Below are positions 1 through 12,650 of a stretch of 64,000 nt of DNA, piece after piece. The stretch is from positions 6,164-70,163 of the forward strand of contig NW_018404492.1 of assembly GCF_002113885.1 (NCBI RefSeq). Direction: 5' to 3'. The position numbers were made by a program, and so were the translations under genes. Source of the stretch: Mizuhopecten yessoensis (taxonomy: Eukaryota). Position 1 is the first letter of the stretch. The number at the start of each line of letters is the position of its first letter. The notes below the pieces were generated by a model that saw nothing but the letters and a program-made list of their open reading frames with translations, ran no database searches and was not told the DNA's origin.

Positions 1-3000
1 CTTTATCTGTCTGAATGCTCTGACTGGTATTTTATTATTTATCTGTCTGAATGCTCTGACTGATATCTCATTATTTATCCGTCGAAATGCTCTGACTGGT
101 ATTTCATTATTCATCTGTCTGAATGCTCTGACTGACATCTCATTATTTATCTGTCTGAATGCTCTGACAGATATCTCATTATTTATCTGACTGCTCTGAC
201 TGGTATTTCAATATTCATCTGTCTGAATGCTCTGACTGATATCTCATTATTAATCTGTCTGACTGGTATTTCATTATTTATCTGACTGCTCTGACTTGTA
301 TTTCATTATTCATCTGTCTGAATGCTCTGACTGACATCTCATTATTTATCTGTCTGAATGCTCTGACTGATATTTTATTATTTATCTGTCTGAATGCTCT
401 GACTGATATTTTATTATTTATCTGTCTGAATGCTCTGACTGGTATTTCATTATTTATCTGTTTAAATGCTCTGACTGGTATTTCATTATTTATCTGACTG
501 CTCTGACTGGTATTTCAATATTCATCTGTCTGAATGCTCTGACTGATATCTTATTATTTATCTGTCTGAATGCTCTGACTGGTATTTCATTATGTATGTG
601 TCTTATTTATCCGTCGAAATGCTCTGACTGGTATTTCATTATTCATCTGTCTGAATGCTCTGACTGACATCTCATTATTTATCTGTCTGAATGCTCTGAC
701 TGATATCTCATTATTTAACCGTCGAAATGCTCTGACTGGTATTTCATTATGTATCTGCCTGACTTCTCTGACTGGTATTTCATTATTTATCTGTCTGACT
801 GCTCTGACTGATATCTCATTATTTATCTGTATGACTGGTATTTCATTATTCATCTGTCTGATTGCTCTGACTGATATCTCATTATTTACCTGTCTGACTG
901 CTCTGACTGGCATTTCATTATTTATCTGACTGCTCTGACTTGTATTTCATTATTCATCTGTCTGAATGCTCTGACTGACATCTCATTATTTATCTGTCTG
1001 AATGCTCTGACTGATATTTTATTATTTATCTGTCTGAATGCTCTGACTGATATTTTATTATTTATCTGTCTGAATGCTCTGACTGATATCTCATTATTTA
1101 TCTGTCTGACTGGTATTTCATTATTCATCTGTCTGATTGCTCTGACTGATATCTCATTATTTACCTGTCTGACTGCTCTGACTGGTATTTCATTATTTAT
1201 CTGACTGCTCTGACTGGGATTTCATTATTCATCTGTCTGATTGCTCTGACTGATATCTCATTATTGATCTGTCTGAATGCTCTGACTGGTATTTCATTTT
1301 TTATCTGACTGCTCTGACTTGTATTTCATTATTCATCTGCCTGATTGCTCTGACTGATATCTCATTATTGATCTGTCTGAATGCTCTGACTGATATCTCA
1401 TTATTGATCTGTCTGAATGCTCTGACTGGTATTTCAGTATTTATCTGTCTGAATGCTCTGACTGATATCTCATTATTTATCTGTCTGACTGATCTGACTG
1501 GTATTTCATTATTTATCAGTCTGACTGCTCTGACTGGTATTTCATTATTTATCTGTCTGAATGCTCTGACTGATATCTCATTATTTATCTGTCTGACTGC
1601 TCTGACTGGAATTTCCTTATTTATCTGACTGCTCTGACTGGTATTTCATTATTTATCTGTCTGAATGCTCTGACTGATATCTCATTATTTATCTGTCTGA
1701 CTGNNNNNNNNNNNNNNNNNNNNNNNNNNNNNNNNNNNNNNNNNNNNNNNNNNNNNNNNNNNNNNNNNNNNNNNNNNNNNNNNNNNNNNNNNNNNNNNNN
1801 NNNNNNNNNNNNNNNNNNNNNNNNNNNNNNNNNNNNNNNNNNNTCATTATTTATCTGTCTGAATGCTCTGACTGGTATTTCATTATTTATCTGTCTGACT
1901 GTTCTGACTGATATCTCATTATGTATCTGTCTGAATGCTCTGACTGATATCTCATTATTTATCTGTCTAAATGCTCTGACTGGTATTTCATTATTTATCT
2001 GTCTGTATGCTCTGACTGGTATTTCATTATTTATCTGTCTGAATGCTCTGACTGGAATTTCATTATGTATGTTTCTGACTGCTCTGACTGGTATTTCATT
2101 ATTTATCTTTCTGAATGCTCTGACTGGTATCTCATTATTTATCTGTCTGACTGGTATTTCATTATTTATCTGACTGCTCTGACTGGTATTGCATTATTTA
2201 TCTGTCTGAATGCTCTGACTGGTATTTCATTATTCATCTGTCTGAATGCTCTGACTGATTTCTCATTATTTATCTGTCTGAATGCTCTGACTGATATCTC
2301 ATTACTTATCTGTCTGAATGCTCTGACTGGTATTTCATTATTTATGTGTTTGTCTGCTCTGACTGATATCTCATTATTTATCTGTCTAAATGCTCTGACT
2401 GGTATTTCATTATTTATCTGTCTTACTGCTCTGACTGATATCTCATTATTTATCTGTCTAAATGCTCTGACTGGTATTTCATTATTTATCTGTCTTACTG
2501 CTCTGACTGATATCTCATTATTTATCTGTCTAAATGCTCTGACTGGTATTTCATTATTTATCTGTCTTACTGCTCTGACTGATATCTCATTATTTATCTG
2601 TCTAAATGCTCTGACTGGTATTTCATTATTTATCTGTCTGTATGCTCTGACTGGTATTTCATTATTTATCTGTCTGACTGCTCTGACTGATATCACATTA
2701 TTTATCTGTCTGAATGCTCTGACTGATATCTCATTACTTATCTGTCTGAATGCTCTGACTGGTATTTCATTATGTATGTGTCTGACTGCTCTGAATGATA
2801 TCTCATTATTTATCTGTCTGAATGCTCTGACTGGTGTTTCATTATTTATCTGTCTGAATGCTCTGACTGGTATTTCATTATGTATGTGTCTGAATGCTCT
2901 GACTGATATCTCATTATTTATCCGTCGAAATGCTCTGACTGGTATTTCATTATTCATCTGTCTGAATGCTCTGACTGATATCTCATTACTTATCTGTCTG

Positions 3001-4209
3001 AATGCTCTGACTGGTATTTCATTATTCATCTGTCTGAATGCTCTGACTGATTTCTCATTATTTATCTGTCTGAATGCTCTGACTGATATCTCATTACTTA
3101 TCTGTCTGAATGCTCTGACTGGTATTTCATTATTCATCTGTCTGAATGCTCTGACTGATATCTCATTATTCATCTGGCTGCTCTGACTGGTATTTCATTA
3201 TTTATCTGTCTGAATGCTCTGACGGGTATCTCATTATTTATCTGTCTGACTGGTATTTCATTATTCATCTGTCTGAATGCTCTGACTGATATCTCATTAT
3301 TTATCTGACTGCTCTGACTGGTATTTCATTATTCATCTGTCTGAATGCTCTGACTGATTTCTCATTATTTATCTGTCTGAATGCTCTGACTGGTTTTTCA
3401 TTATTTATCTGTCTGAATGCTCTGACTGGAATTTCATTATGTATGTTTCTGACTGCTCTGACTGGTATTTCATTATTTATCTATCTGAATGCTCTGACTG
3501 GTATCTCATTATTTATCTGTCTGACTGGTATTTCATTATTCATCTGTCTGAATGCTCTGACTGATTTCTCATTATTTATCTGTCTGAATGCTCTGACTGG
3601 TTTTTCATTATTTATCTGTCTGAATGCTCTGACTGATATCTCATTATTTATCTGACTGCTCTGACTGGTATTTCATTATTCATCTGTCTGAATGCTCTGA
3701 CTGATATCTCATTATTCATCTGGCTGCTCTGACTGGTATTTCATTATTTATCTGTCTGGATGCTCTGACTGGTATCTCATTATTTATCTGTCTGACTGGT
3801 ATTTCATTATTCATCTGTCTGAATGCTCTGACTGATTTCTCATTATTTATCTGTCTGAATGCTCTGACTGATATCTCATTATTCATCTGGCTGCTCTGAC
3901 TGGTATTTCATTATTTATCTGTCTGGATGCTCTGACTGGTATCTCATTATTTATCTGTCTGACTGGTATTTCATTATTTATCTGACTGCTCTGACTGGTA
4001 TTTCATTATTCATCTGTCTGAATGCTCTGACTGATTTCTCATTATTTATCTGTCTGAATGCTCTGACTGATATCTCATTACTTATCTGTCTGAATGCTCT
4101 GACTGGTATTTCATTATTCATCTGTCTGAATGCTCTGACTGATTTCTCATTATTTATCTGTCTGAATGCTCTGACTGGTATTTCATTATTTATCTGTCTG
4201 AATGCTCTG
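1..4209. repeat. 36-bp minisatellite (aatgctctgactgRtatYtcattatttatctgtctg), runs off the left edge
   Basis: Tandem units read directly. ggtatttc and gatatctc variants often alternate, and 4-bp and 8-bp deletion variants recur. The unit explains the NALTGISLFICL / NNEISVRAFRQI ORFs. Confidence 0.97.
1704..1843. other. Assembly gap (140 N) inside the satellite
   Basis: Run of N flanked by the same repeat on both sides. Confidence 0.99.
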
Positions 4210-4428
4210 TGTTAGAACGTTATTATGATATGATGATATTGTACTCGTGCATCACTGTTGTACCACATTCTGGAATAGGACAATAGTATCATCAATTTTA
4301 GAACATATTCTAAAAACTGGCATAACGATTTCAGAATATGTTACAATGTTGTAAGGAATACAAATGCACGTGTACGTTCCTTTGGTATCAATTTTAGAAC
4401 AGATTCTGGAAGTTAATTTGTTATAAAG

Positions 4429-4643
4429 TTTATTTATTTTACAACAATTATGAAAATTTCACATCAACTTAAATGGATTATTCCTGTGGTCTGGATGTTG
4501 GACCTCGGATGTCTTAATGACGGAGGAGACAAGGCTACCAAGGGGAAACCCAAGTGGTCGGGCAAGTGACCCATACCTTTACCTGTCGATTAGGAATCGA
4601 AACCCGGCTGACGTTTTGAAAGGCAAGTGCGCCACCCGACCGC
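4429..4643 (-). mobile_element. tRNA-derived SINE, possibly V-domain type
   Basis: Minus strand reads gcggtcgggtggcgcac...gggtttcgattcc (A/B-box-like), core gtaaaggtatgggtcacttgcccgaccacttgggtttcc and tail ttgtaaaataaataaa. Flanked by direct repeat tataaag (4422-4428, 4644-4650). Homologous to the copy at 50424. Confidence 0.75.
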
Positions 4644-5322
4644 TATAAAGATTCTGGGATTTGACAGTACCTATTCAGATTCTAGAGATTGGCAGAACAG
4701 GTTCTATAATATAACGACGTTCCCATCTTCTGGAATATGCCAATATGTTCCCCGTGCATCAATGAAACAACATGACGATACTTTCATTTTTCCTCAATAT
4801 TAGAAAAGGGTCTAGAATTTGACAGCATATCCCCCCTAGTATGCCAATGTTAGAACATCATCTGGAACATGATTGTATTCTTTTATTCATCGATATAAGA
4901 ACATATTCTACAATATAAATTCGGCTTAAAGACGTCAGTTAGTTATCGGCGAAGGACTCCAGACTGCAGGACGACAGTTTATCATTGATGTTATTGTAAA
5001 CAGGCACCAGGAAGACAATACGTATTTCACAATGCTCATTGTCCTGTGTTGCTGTCCTATACTAAAAGCCTCTCTGTGAGCAACATGTTACTGTGTTTCT
5101 GTCGGAATAGTCAACCCACCTTTTATATCATATTGAACAAAGCTATATGTATTGCTGCTCGAAATTGATTACAGGCTACCCGTCAGTCATATGAATCGAA
5201 ATATATAATTGTAGTTAACTTTTTGTTCAAACTCAATATCAGCGCTCACAACCAGTTTGCATACGGCTTGGCTCGGCAATAATGATATTGTGGGTAAAAC
5301 CTCCACAAGATGTATCATTTAC

Positions 5323-5519
5323 CGACATGAATTTGGTCTGTAACTATAGAATGATAAAAGACCGCAACGCCCTCCTTGATACCAATTGACCCTTCGATCG
5401 GTAGACCAGACAACGAAAATGTTCTGATGTATTTTTGCGGCTGAAATGCTTCGATGGAGGGATCTGTTGTTCATGCCCCTCTCTGTTGGGTTCCTTTGAA
5501 GGTGATATTTCAAAAAGTA
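5323..5519 (-). CDS. Candidate internal exon of an unidentified minus-strand gene
   Basis: ctacag| acceptor and |gtaaat donor with an open phase-0 frame (YFLKYHLQRNPTERG...RPNSC). No recognisable domain. Confidence 0.2.
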
Positions 5520-6351
5520 CTGTAGATGACGTAACTAATATTTGTGGAAGTTTAAATACAATGAACCAAGTACACACCAATATGTTACCTCATTTACATT
5601 TCTGCCTTTCATGTAGTTTTGAGCTCTATTATACAATGTGTATGTGTTGTGTAAAGTGGTTTCTTGCACAGCATTATCGATTTCACCAACTCTAAAATTC
5701 ATGTCTATATGATACTGAATTTATCATAATTACTATTCTATAGTAATAAGCAAATTAAAACATAGATATCAGGAACGAATTTAAATGTGTCGGGTAAGTG
5801 GGTTTGTCCGATATTATGGGATTGCAAGAATATAAACTCAGCGTTCTTTTAGTACATTCGCACTACATTTCATGTATATGCTTTATGCTTTAACATGTTG
5901 CTCTGGCACTTCTCAACTCTTTCCTGTGTTTCTCTTGGTATGGTTAGCAGTCTGTAATACACAAAATCAATGCGTCTCTATGCCTGCAGCAACACATTAC
6001 TGAACCTCACGTCTTGTTTTGTCTCGCAGAAATGTGTGTAGTTATCACTGAACTGATGCCTTGTGTGCACAGTGTCACACCACTTACACACAATACCGGC
6101 ATATACTACTGCAACTCACGTGTATTGTAACAGTAGACTTAGTGTGCAGGGTGACACACCACTTACACAGAATACTGTCACACATTACAACTCACCTTTT
6201 GTGTGACGGTAGACTAAGTGTGCATAATGATGTGCGCTGCTTACATATAACGTGTGTTGAATGGTATGCACTCGTCAAATCATTCCTGTACTCTAAAATA
6301 TACTATAACTATTTTTACTTTCATCAATAATAAACTATCACTAGTTCATAC

Positions 6352-6506
6352 TTGTAGTCGTTGGCGTAGGTTATCCATGATAAAATAACTACGCATGATA
6401 GTCTGATTTGAACATTCTTTATTCACGCACTGTAGGCGTGGCCTGAATTTGTTTACCATAACTTCAGGAATTTGTTGGCTGACTTCTGCTTTAGCTTGCA
6501 GTTGCA
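6352..6506 (-). CDS. Candidate exon upstream of 5323-5519
   Basis: Open frame ...MVNKFRPRLQCVNKECS...DNLRQRLQ ends at caa|gtatga in phase 0, matching the next candidate exon. 5' boundary uncertain. Confidence 0.18.
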
Positions 6507-6747
6507 CTTGTAGTTCGAAATTATGATATTTGAAACAGGTACATGCATACATGCAAGCCAAATGTAAAGGTAAATATCAACAAAACACATCAATGTTTAA
6601 AAACAATGTACCCTCGATAAAAACTGACTATCAATTCTTTCCATATCTTATATATTTTGGACATCGCCAAAATGATATACCTCATACCCCTTGTCACTTT
6701 GTCTTGTATGCTTCTATGTACACACCACTGGCACTATTGTCACACAA

Positions 6748-6903
6748 GATGGTTCCCCCGTTCTGACCTATACAAACCTTAGTTTGATGGTTCCCCCGTT
6801 CTGACCTATACAAACCTTAGTTTGATGGTTTCCCCGTTCTGACCTATACACACCTTAGTTTGATGGTTCCCCCGTTCTGACCTATACACACCTTAGTTTG
6901 ATG
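6748..6903. repeat. 38-bp tandem repeat x4
   Basis: gatggttcccccgttctgacctatacaMaccttagttt at 6748, 6786, 6824 and 6862. Confidence 0.95.
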
Positions 6904-7588
6904 CATTGTATAACATTTACACTGATAACTACCATACACTGACATTACACCGATAACTACCATACACTGACATAAGACGTATTACCTAAACGTATACATA
7001 TACAGTTTGTGTCTATCCTCACTGAAAACGATGTAATAAGTGGAAGAATGATTTTCCAAGAACCTTTTAAAAATTTATGATTTCATTTCGATGGGCGATA
7101 TAATGTCTCTCAAGCAATAACGTAAAGGCTGTTATAGTGTTATGTTTCACCAATGATAAAACAGTCTTTGACGCACAATCAAAGACTTGAGTGCCTAGTA
7201 ATGTGAAAATTATGATATTCGAGGGTTGTTCGCGAACGGCACATGCAAAGGTAAATCTCTCAATTCCCCAAGACCTTCAGATCGATAGATCGTCTAGCAT
7301 TAAATAGTTACACTTTTTGCATTTGGAGTTTACGTTGAGTAGTGTGATAATATAGACCTAAAATTGAACGAGTGTACACGTCTGACATTTCAATTTATAT
7401 TTGGGGATCGGCATAAATACGGAAATTAAATTAGCTTTCTTCCGAAGCGAAATTTGATATAGATTCCATGAACTTAACTTCTACTTAGGGTTCAATTGAG
7501 ACGACGTCAGGGATCACGTGATTCAGTCTTCAGAGTCTGTATTACGAATTCTCATACTTCAACTTGGTGGGAAAAAACCCGGGTTGGG

Positions 7589-7706
7589 CAATTGAACCCT
7601 AAGTAGAAGTTAAGTTCATGGAATCTATATCAAATTTCGCTTTCGGAAGAAAGTTCATTTAATTTCCAATTCCATGAACTTAACCTACTTAGGGTCCAAA
7701 TGAGAT
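7589..7706. repeat. DIRS internal complementary region (ICR)
   Basis: 7589-7667 is the near-exact reverse complement of the terminus at 7421-7498. 7668-7706 is the reverse complement of 12882-12920 (38/39 match). Confidence 0.93.
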
Positions 7707-7871
7707 TTCAGAGATGAAATTCGTGTTACGGTAATAATCAGATACATTGTGTACACAAATCAGAAATCAATATATAATTCAAACTGTAACTGTATGTTTA
7801 ACTCTATTTACAGGTTATATATACAAGTACATGACCAGCCCATAAAGTTAACAGTCTGTCTGTTAATATGT

Positions 7872-8950
7872 TTAGTTCTTTGTTGTAGAATTTATGAAAC
7901 TCGCTGTCACAAGCCCATCCGGCTGTTTCATAATGGTAGGCATCGAAACATTGGCTGCTTTAGCAGCGGACACTGGGACGCTTCTAGTGCTGTGCGGTTT
8001 CAAAATAGTCACGTCCACATCAGACAATATGAGTACTTTCCTAATCCAGTTGGATATAGTTTGTTTACAAACAGGATGATGTGTTGCATTTTTTGCTAGA
8101 AACAGTCGAGTATGGTCACTGTTTCGCATAGTTTGTGTTCGTCTCAAATATACCAATAAAGTCTGCACTACACACAATCTATGGTCTTGTTTAATCGCCA
8201 TTAGTTTGATTGGACTTATGTGCTGTCCAGGTCTTGGTTGTTTAAGTAGATCTGTCACAACAAACGTCGCACAATCTGAGTTTACAGTGATATTACGTAC
8301 ATCAAGCATATGAATTGTTTGACATATTTGACTTGTGAGAATTGCTAACAACATGACTAATTTGTAACTAAGTAACAGAAAAGATATGGTATTTACAGGG
8401 CTTAAGGTTTCCTGGTATTCTAACACAATCGATGCATCCCATGTATTGGTATATCTCGGCAGAGCTGGACGTTTCTGAAAAATACCCTTCATAAACCGTT
8501 TAACAATGTTACTGTCTATAGTATTCTTGTTTCCCACTATTTCTAACAGGGAACTAATACATGATTTCGCGGTATTGATGGAACTGTAAATAAGGTCCAT
8601 TTTAAACATGTCCTGCGATAAATCTAATATGTCAGTTAGAGATGGACAAAGTGGATCACTCTGTCGTTCACTACAAAATGACATCCATCTGCGGAGATGT
8701 ACCCCATATTGTTTTTGTGTAAGACTTTCGTCATGCTGCCATGATAATTTCGGCAGATTTCTTCGAAATTCCTCGATTCTTTGTCCCTGATAACTTGCAA
8801 GCAATCAGTCGAAGATTCTGTATCGGATGTTCCTTGTTTGGTTTGTTGATCAGACGTAGAATTGGTCCTCTGTTGGGGAGTAGAACTGGTGTGTCTACCA
8901 GAAGTCGAAGTAACGTTGGGAACCAGGTTGGCGTTGTCCATAGTTGGGCC
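7872..8950 (-). pseudogene. DIRS tyrosine recombinase, inactivated
   Basis: KQY..HLRRW..FC, YSSINTAKS, KRFMKGIF..RP.LPRY..TWD, LCVV..L..YL.RT and HSTR motifs. The expected first catalytic Arg reads SQICQ. A 1-nt frameshift near 7925 moves AGW...FHKFY (probable catalytic Tyr) out of frame. Confidence 0.92.
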
Positions 8951-11430
8951 ATTACTACAGTTGTGGGACCGCACAACGCACCAAAAATAGCGTGCGCACA
9001 CCGTGCATACATCGTTCACACACCGTCCTCACATCGTCCACACATGGTGCGCACAACTGTGCACAGTACTACAGCGACCGTCAGGCTGTCAAGAATGTTT
9101 GGCTCCAAGGTAACAAAACAGGCAAATAACAAATTTTATGAGTGTCCGGAGTTTTACCTGACCAGTGCCTGACACACAGAGCTGATATACGATACCGTTT
9201 GACCGTAATGAATAGTATTTGTAATTTGCATTCGTTTGCCTATAGCTCCCCTTCACCTGGATTTTCACACCCCCGGCCTTACCCGACGAGTTACGTAAGT
9301 GCCCCAGGCGGGGAGAAAACTAAGGTCCAGGTACAGGTACAAAGCGGTTATGTTTACCTGTATACGGGATTGTGTTGTAATTTTTTACATGTGTCGATTA
9401 AGTTTGTTTCAAAAACACAGAAAACACAATTTCTAAATATAAGAATGTATAGACAGAAAGATAAGTGTATAGATGGTGCTAGAATATAGAAACATACGTA
9501 AAAATCAAGTTTATATGATTAAACACGAAACCGTATAAAGTGTTAAGGCATTCCTCAATTTACACCAACCACGATTGTTATCGCACAACGTCCGTCCATC
9601 GTGCGCACAGATGTGCGCAAGCAATGATCGTCCAGCTTTCTACAGATCGCCCATCGTGCATACACCGTTCGCACACCGTGCACACATCGTGCGCACACCG
9701 CACATCGTGTAACGTTGTGCGATCCCACAACTGTATCATCTCTGCCCCCTCCTCCTTCTCCTCTGCTTTCTGTATCACTCGGCCAATGATGCTGAAAGAA
9801 GGAAAGGCATAACATAGTTTAAAGGTAGCCCATGGCATGGTGAACGCATCAACAGCCACTGCTGTTAGGTCAGGAAGGAAAGAGATATAAGTATCAATAT
9901 GAGCATTAACACGTGACGCGAAAAAAGCAATGCATGGATTGCCAAAATGTACACATATGCTTTGGAATATGTTGGGGTGTAGGCGCCATTCCAAGTCATC
10001 AGAAAGCTTCCGTGACAAGTTATCGGCCTGAGTATTGTGAATCCCTGGTGAGTGGCATGCCGATAGCCATATGTCCCTATGTATGCACCACAACCAAATC
10101 TCTCGTGCGAGGTCAGTTAGCTCGCGTGTCTTGCCACCCATATTTTTAATGTAATTGACAGCCACTGTGTTGTCCAAATAAAGTCTTACATAAATATCGG
10201 ATTTGCTCCCACAAAAACACTGTAGTGTTAGGAAGGCTGCCCATAGTTCAAGATAGTTCTTGCTCGACATAAGACCAGTGTCCCTCAGTTTGTAGTACTG
10301 TACTACCGCGCACTAGACCACCCCAACCTGTACCTGAGCTATCAGACTCTAGCGAAATATCAGGTGGTCCACGATGTACTGGTTTCTCACTAGTGGTAAT
10401 GTTATATTACCACCATGAATTGATCTGTCGCGCGTTTGTAGATAAAATCATTGTCTTCTCAGACCGACCTTTCGAAAGTTTTAATGCATTATCTTTCTCA
10501 TGTTCTAGCGGCTTATAGAATAAAGATGCATGTGGTACTGCTGGTTCACATGCTACGAGCTTCCCTATAAGTTGAGCCACATGTCGAATGGAATGTTCGT
10601 GCTTTTGTAAAATCTCTTGACACTTTTGTTCAACGTCCTTTGCTTTCCTGGTTGTCAATCTGATTGTAATAGTTTTAAAGTTAAGCAGAGACCCTAAGAA
10701 CTCAATGCATTGTGTCGGTGCCGATACTGATTTCTCTAGATGAACAGTCAATCCTAGCGAATCAAGGAGATGCACTGTGTCTGTGATGTTTGCCTGACAA
10801 CTAATGACCGTGTCAGCTTTCACTAAGGTGTCGTCAATATATGCAAAGTTTGCATATCCTCTTTACCGAAGCGTAGAAAATACAGGTTTCATCACCTTAG
10901 TAAATATCCGAGGTGCTGAGCTCATCCCAAAAGGAAGACAACAAAATTGAACAATTGTCAATCCACAAAAATCTAAGGTACTGCCTTTCTTTTCTTCTGA
11001 ACAGGTCCGGAGTAGTACGCATCTTTGAGGTCACTAGATGCAAACCAGCAGTCCCTCGTCATTAGAGTGATGTCTGACTTCAGTGTTTCCGTCTTGAAGT
11101 GTATGTGTTCAATATCATCATTGAGTTTTTTGAGATTTAGGATAAGACTATACGATCCATTCTTTTTTTGGTCTTAAGAAAATTGTCGATATGACCTCAG
11201 AGTATATACGGTCTTCTGACGATATCAACTGAATGACTTGTGTTCGTTGCAGTTTATTGGCTTGATCATCCACAAAAACGTGTTCATCTTTGGAAATTTT
11301 TAGTGGTGATGGTGGTTTCTGTTGATGAGGAATTTGGAGAAATTCAATAAAATAGCCTTGATTTTGTGTTAAGAGCCATCTATCTGATGTGATAGATTTC
11401 CAAGCATCCATGTCTGACCTTCCCTGCACA
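8790..11430 (-). pseudogene. DIRS pol: reverse transcriptase, RNase H and DNA adenine methyltransferase-like domain; frameshifted and interrupted by a MITE
   Basis: RT: IFLRPKK, LNLKKLN, DLKDAYYS, LPFGMSSAPRIFTK, AYIDD. RNase H: SDSSGTGWGG, NYLELWA, LDNTVAV, ADNLSR. MT-like: FASRVN, VDAF, YAFPSF. Confidence 0.92.
8958..9733. mobile_element. Tc1/mariner/pogo-type MITE nested in the DIRS element
   Basis: 21-bp TIR cagttgtgggaYcgcacaacg (20/21 match). TA on both sides (8956-8957, 9734-9735). About 12-bp subterminal repeats (cacaccgtgc/cacatcgt). Removing it restores AEMI-VMAQLWTTPTWFP. Confidence 0.93.
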
Positions 11431-11521
11431 AAAAAAATCAGAAGTGTTAAGAAGTTGTGAAAGAATGCTTTTACTTACACCTACATCCATCTGGTGAGTG
11501 ACTGTGTCAGTTATTCTTTCT

Positions 11522-12650
11522 TCATGTGTTTGTGGCGGTCCTGTAGTGTTCTTGTGGCTTGAACCTCTGCCCCCTCCGTATGAGCCTTGGCGGTGTTGGC
11601 CATACTGGTTCTGACCCTGATAATAATTTTGCTGATGCGTTGTGCGTCAGAGAGTTCTTTAATTTTGTTTTCAAGGTCATCTCCCAAAAGCCATTTCGTA
11701 GGTGGGTCTGAACCATCACACAGAGCCTTGAAGTCTGAATGTAGAAACGGCTTTAAGGCCTGTCGGCGGCGGTAGGTTACATCACTGAAACCTACTTATA
11801 ACAATCTGAATGTATCATGCGCCAGCGTGAGACAATCTTTCACTGCTGTCGGTGATAAACCTCTGCTTCCCTTAGTTAATATGTTGGTCAGGTGTACCAA
11901 ATGATACATGGCACCACATATGTATGTTTGTGTGAGTCGAAGACCGCTGTCTTTGGTTTTTGTTCCAACTCTTTAGAGTGGAAGTGACACTGCTGATGAT
12001 TTTTTTGGACTGTCAATTCACAGTTCTCCGGACACAATTGTTTCTGTAACAACTCCTTGCGTTGATCGTCAATATCCTGAAGGAAGACATGAGTGTCAAA
12101 ATCTTCCTCTTCGATTTCTTCTTACGCCTCCGCGTCAGAGCTGACCTCGTGCGTAGATCGATGGCCATGGTCTAACGTCCCTGGCATTCCCTTGTTGGAC
12201 GATAGGTCGCTGAAGTTATCAGCTGGCGACTCGTCCGATTGTCTCTGTGGAGTGGTTGGCGGTCGAGTTATGGTCGCCGTTTGGTGTCCTCTTGACATTT
12301 GCGAAAGCAGCATCAGCATAGATTAATTCTGTGCCAGTGACATAGCACTGTTCGCATTGTTCATGGGCGCGGCCTTATTGGATCCCGCGGCCTCTCGTCC
12401 TACCACGTTTGTAAATGCGGCACATGTTCATTTGCATAATTAACGCTGGGCATCGGAGACGATGATGGAGGTTGAACAGAATGGCGACCGGCCACTGTTG
12501 TGATCGTCGCTGCAGACATAAATGTTTCACACAGAACGTTCAATGGCAGAATTATCGCTCCGGTAACGGAGTTCATCCAAGAAATGGGTAGGTGTGGACC
12601 AGAAATGGTGTTTTGAGTCGAAGTCTGATTGTCAGACATGGCGTACGTAG
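11522..12650 (-). pseudogene. DIRS gag-like ORF1 remnant
   Basis: Fragmented coding-like frames between the left terminus and RT (e.g. RRRQALKPFLHSDFKALC...WLLGDDL). Assigned by position. Confidence 0.6.

Noticed and set aside
2065-3186. 373-aa and 335-aa ORFs on opposite strands
   Set aside because: Translations of the 36-bp repeat. Neighbouring units carry frequent 4-bp and 8-bp frameshifting deletions.
6748-6903. CRISPR-like appearance of short regular repeats (here and in other arrays)
   Set aside because: Units are head-to-tail with no unique spacers, there are no cas genes, and the context is eukaryotic.
7872-10270. Integrase plus adenine methyltransferase suggesting a phage or bacterial insert
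   Set aside because: Both domains are standard parts of DIRS1 retrotransposons and sit within DIRS termini alongside RT and RNase H.
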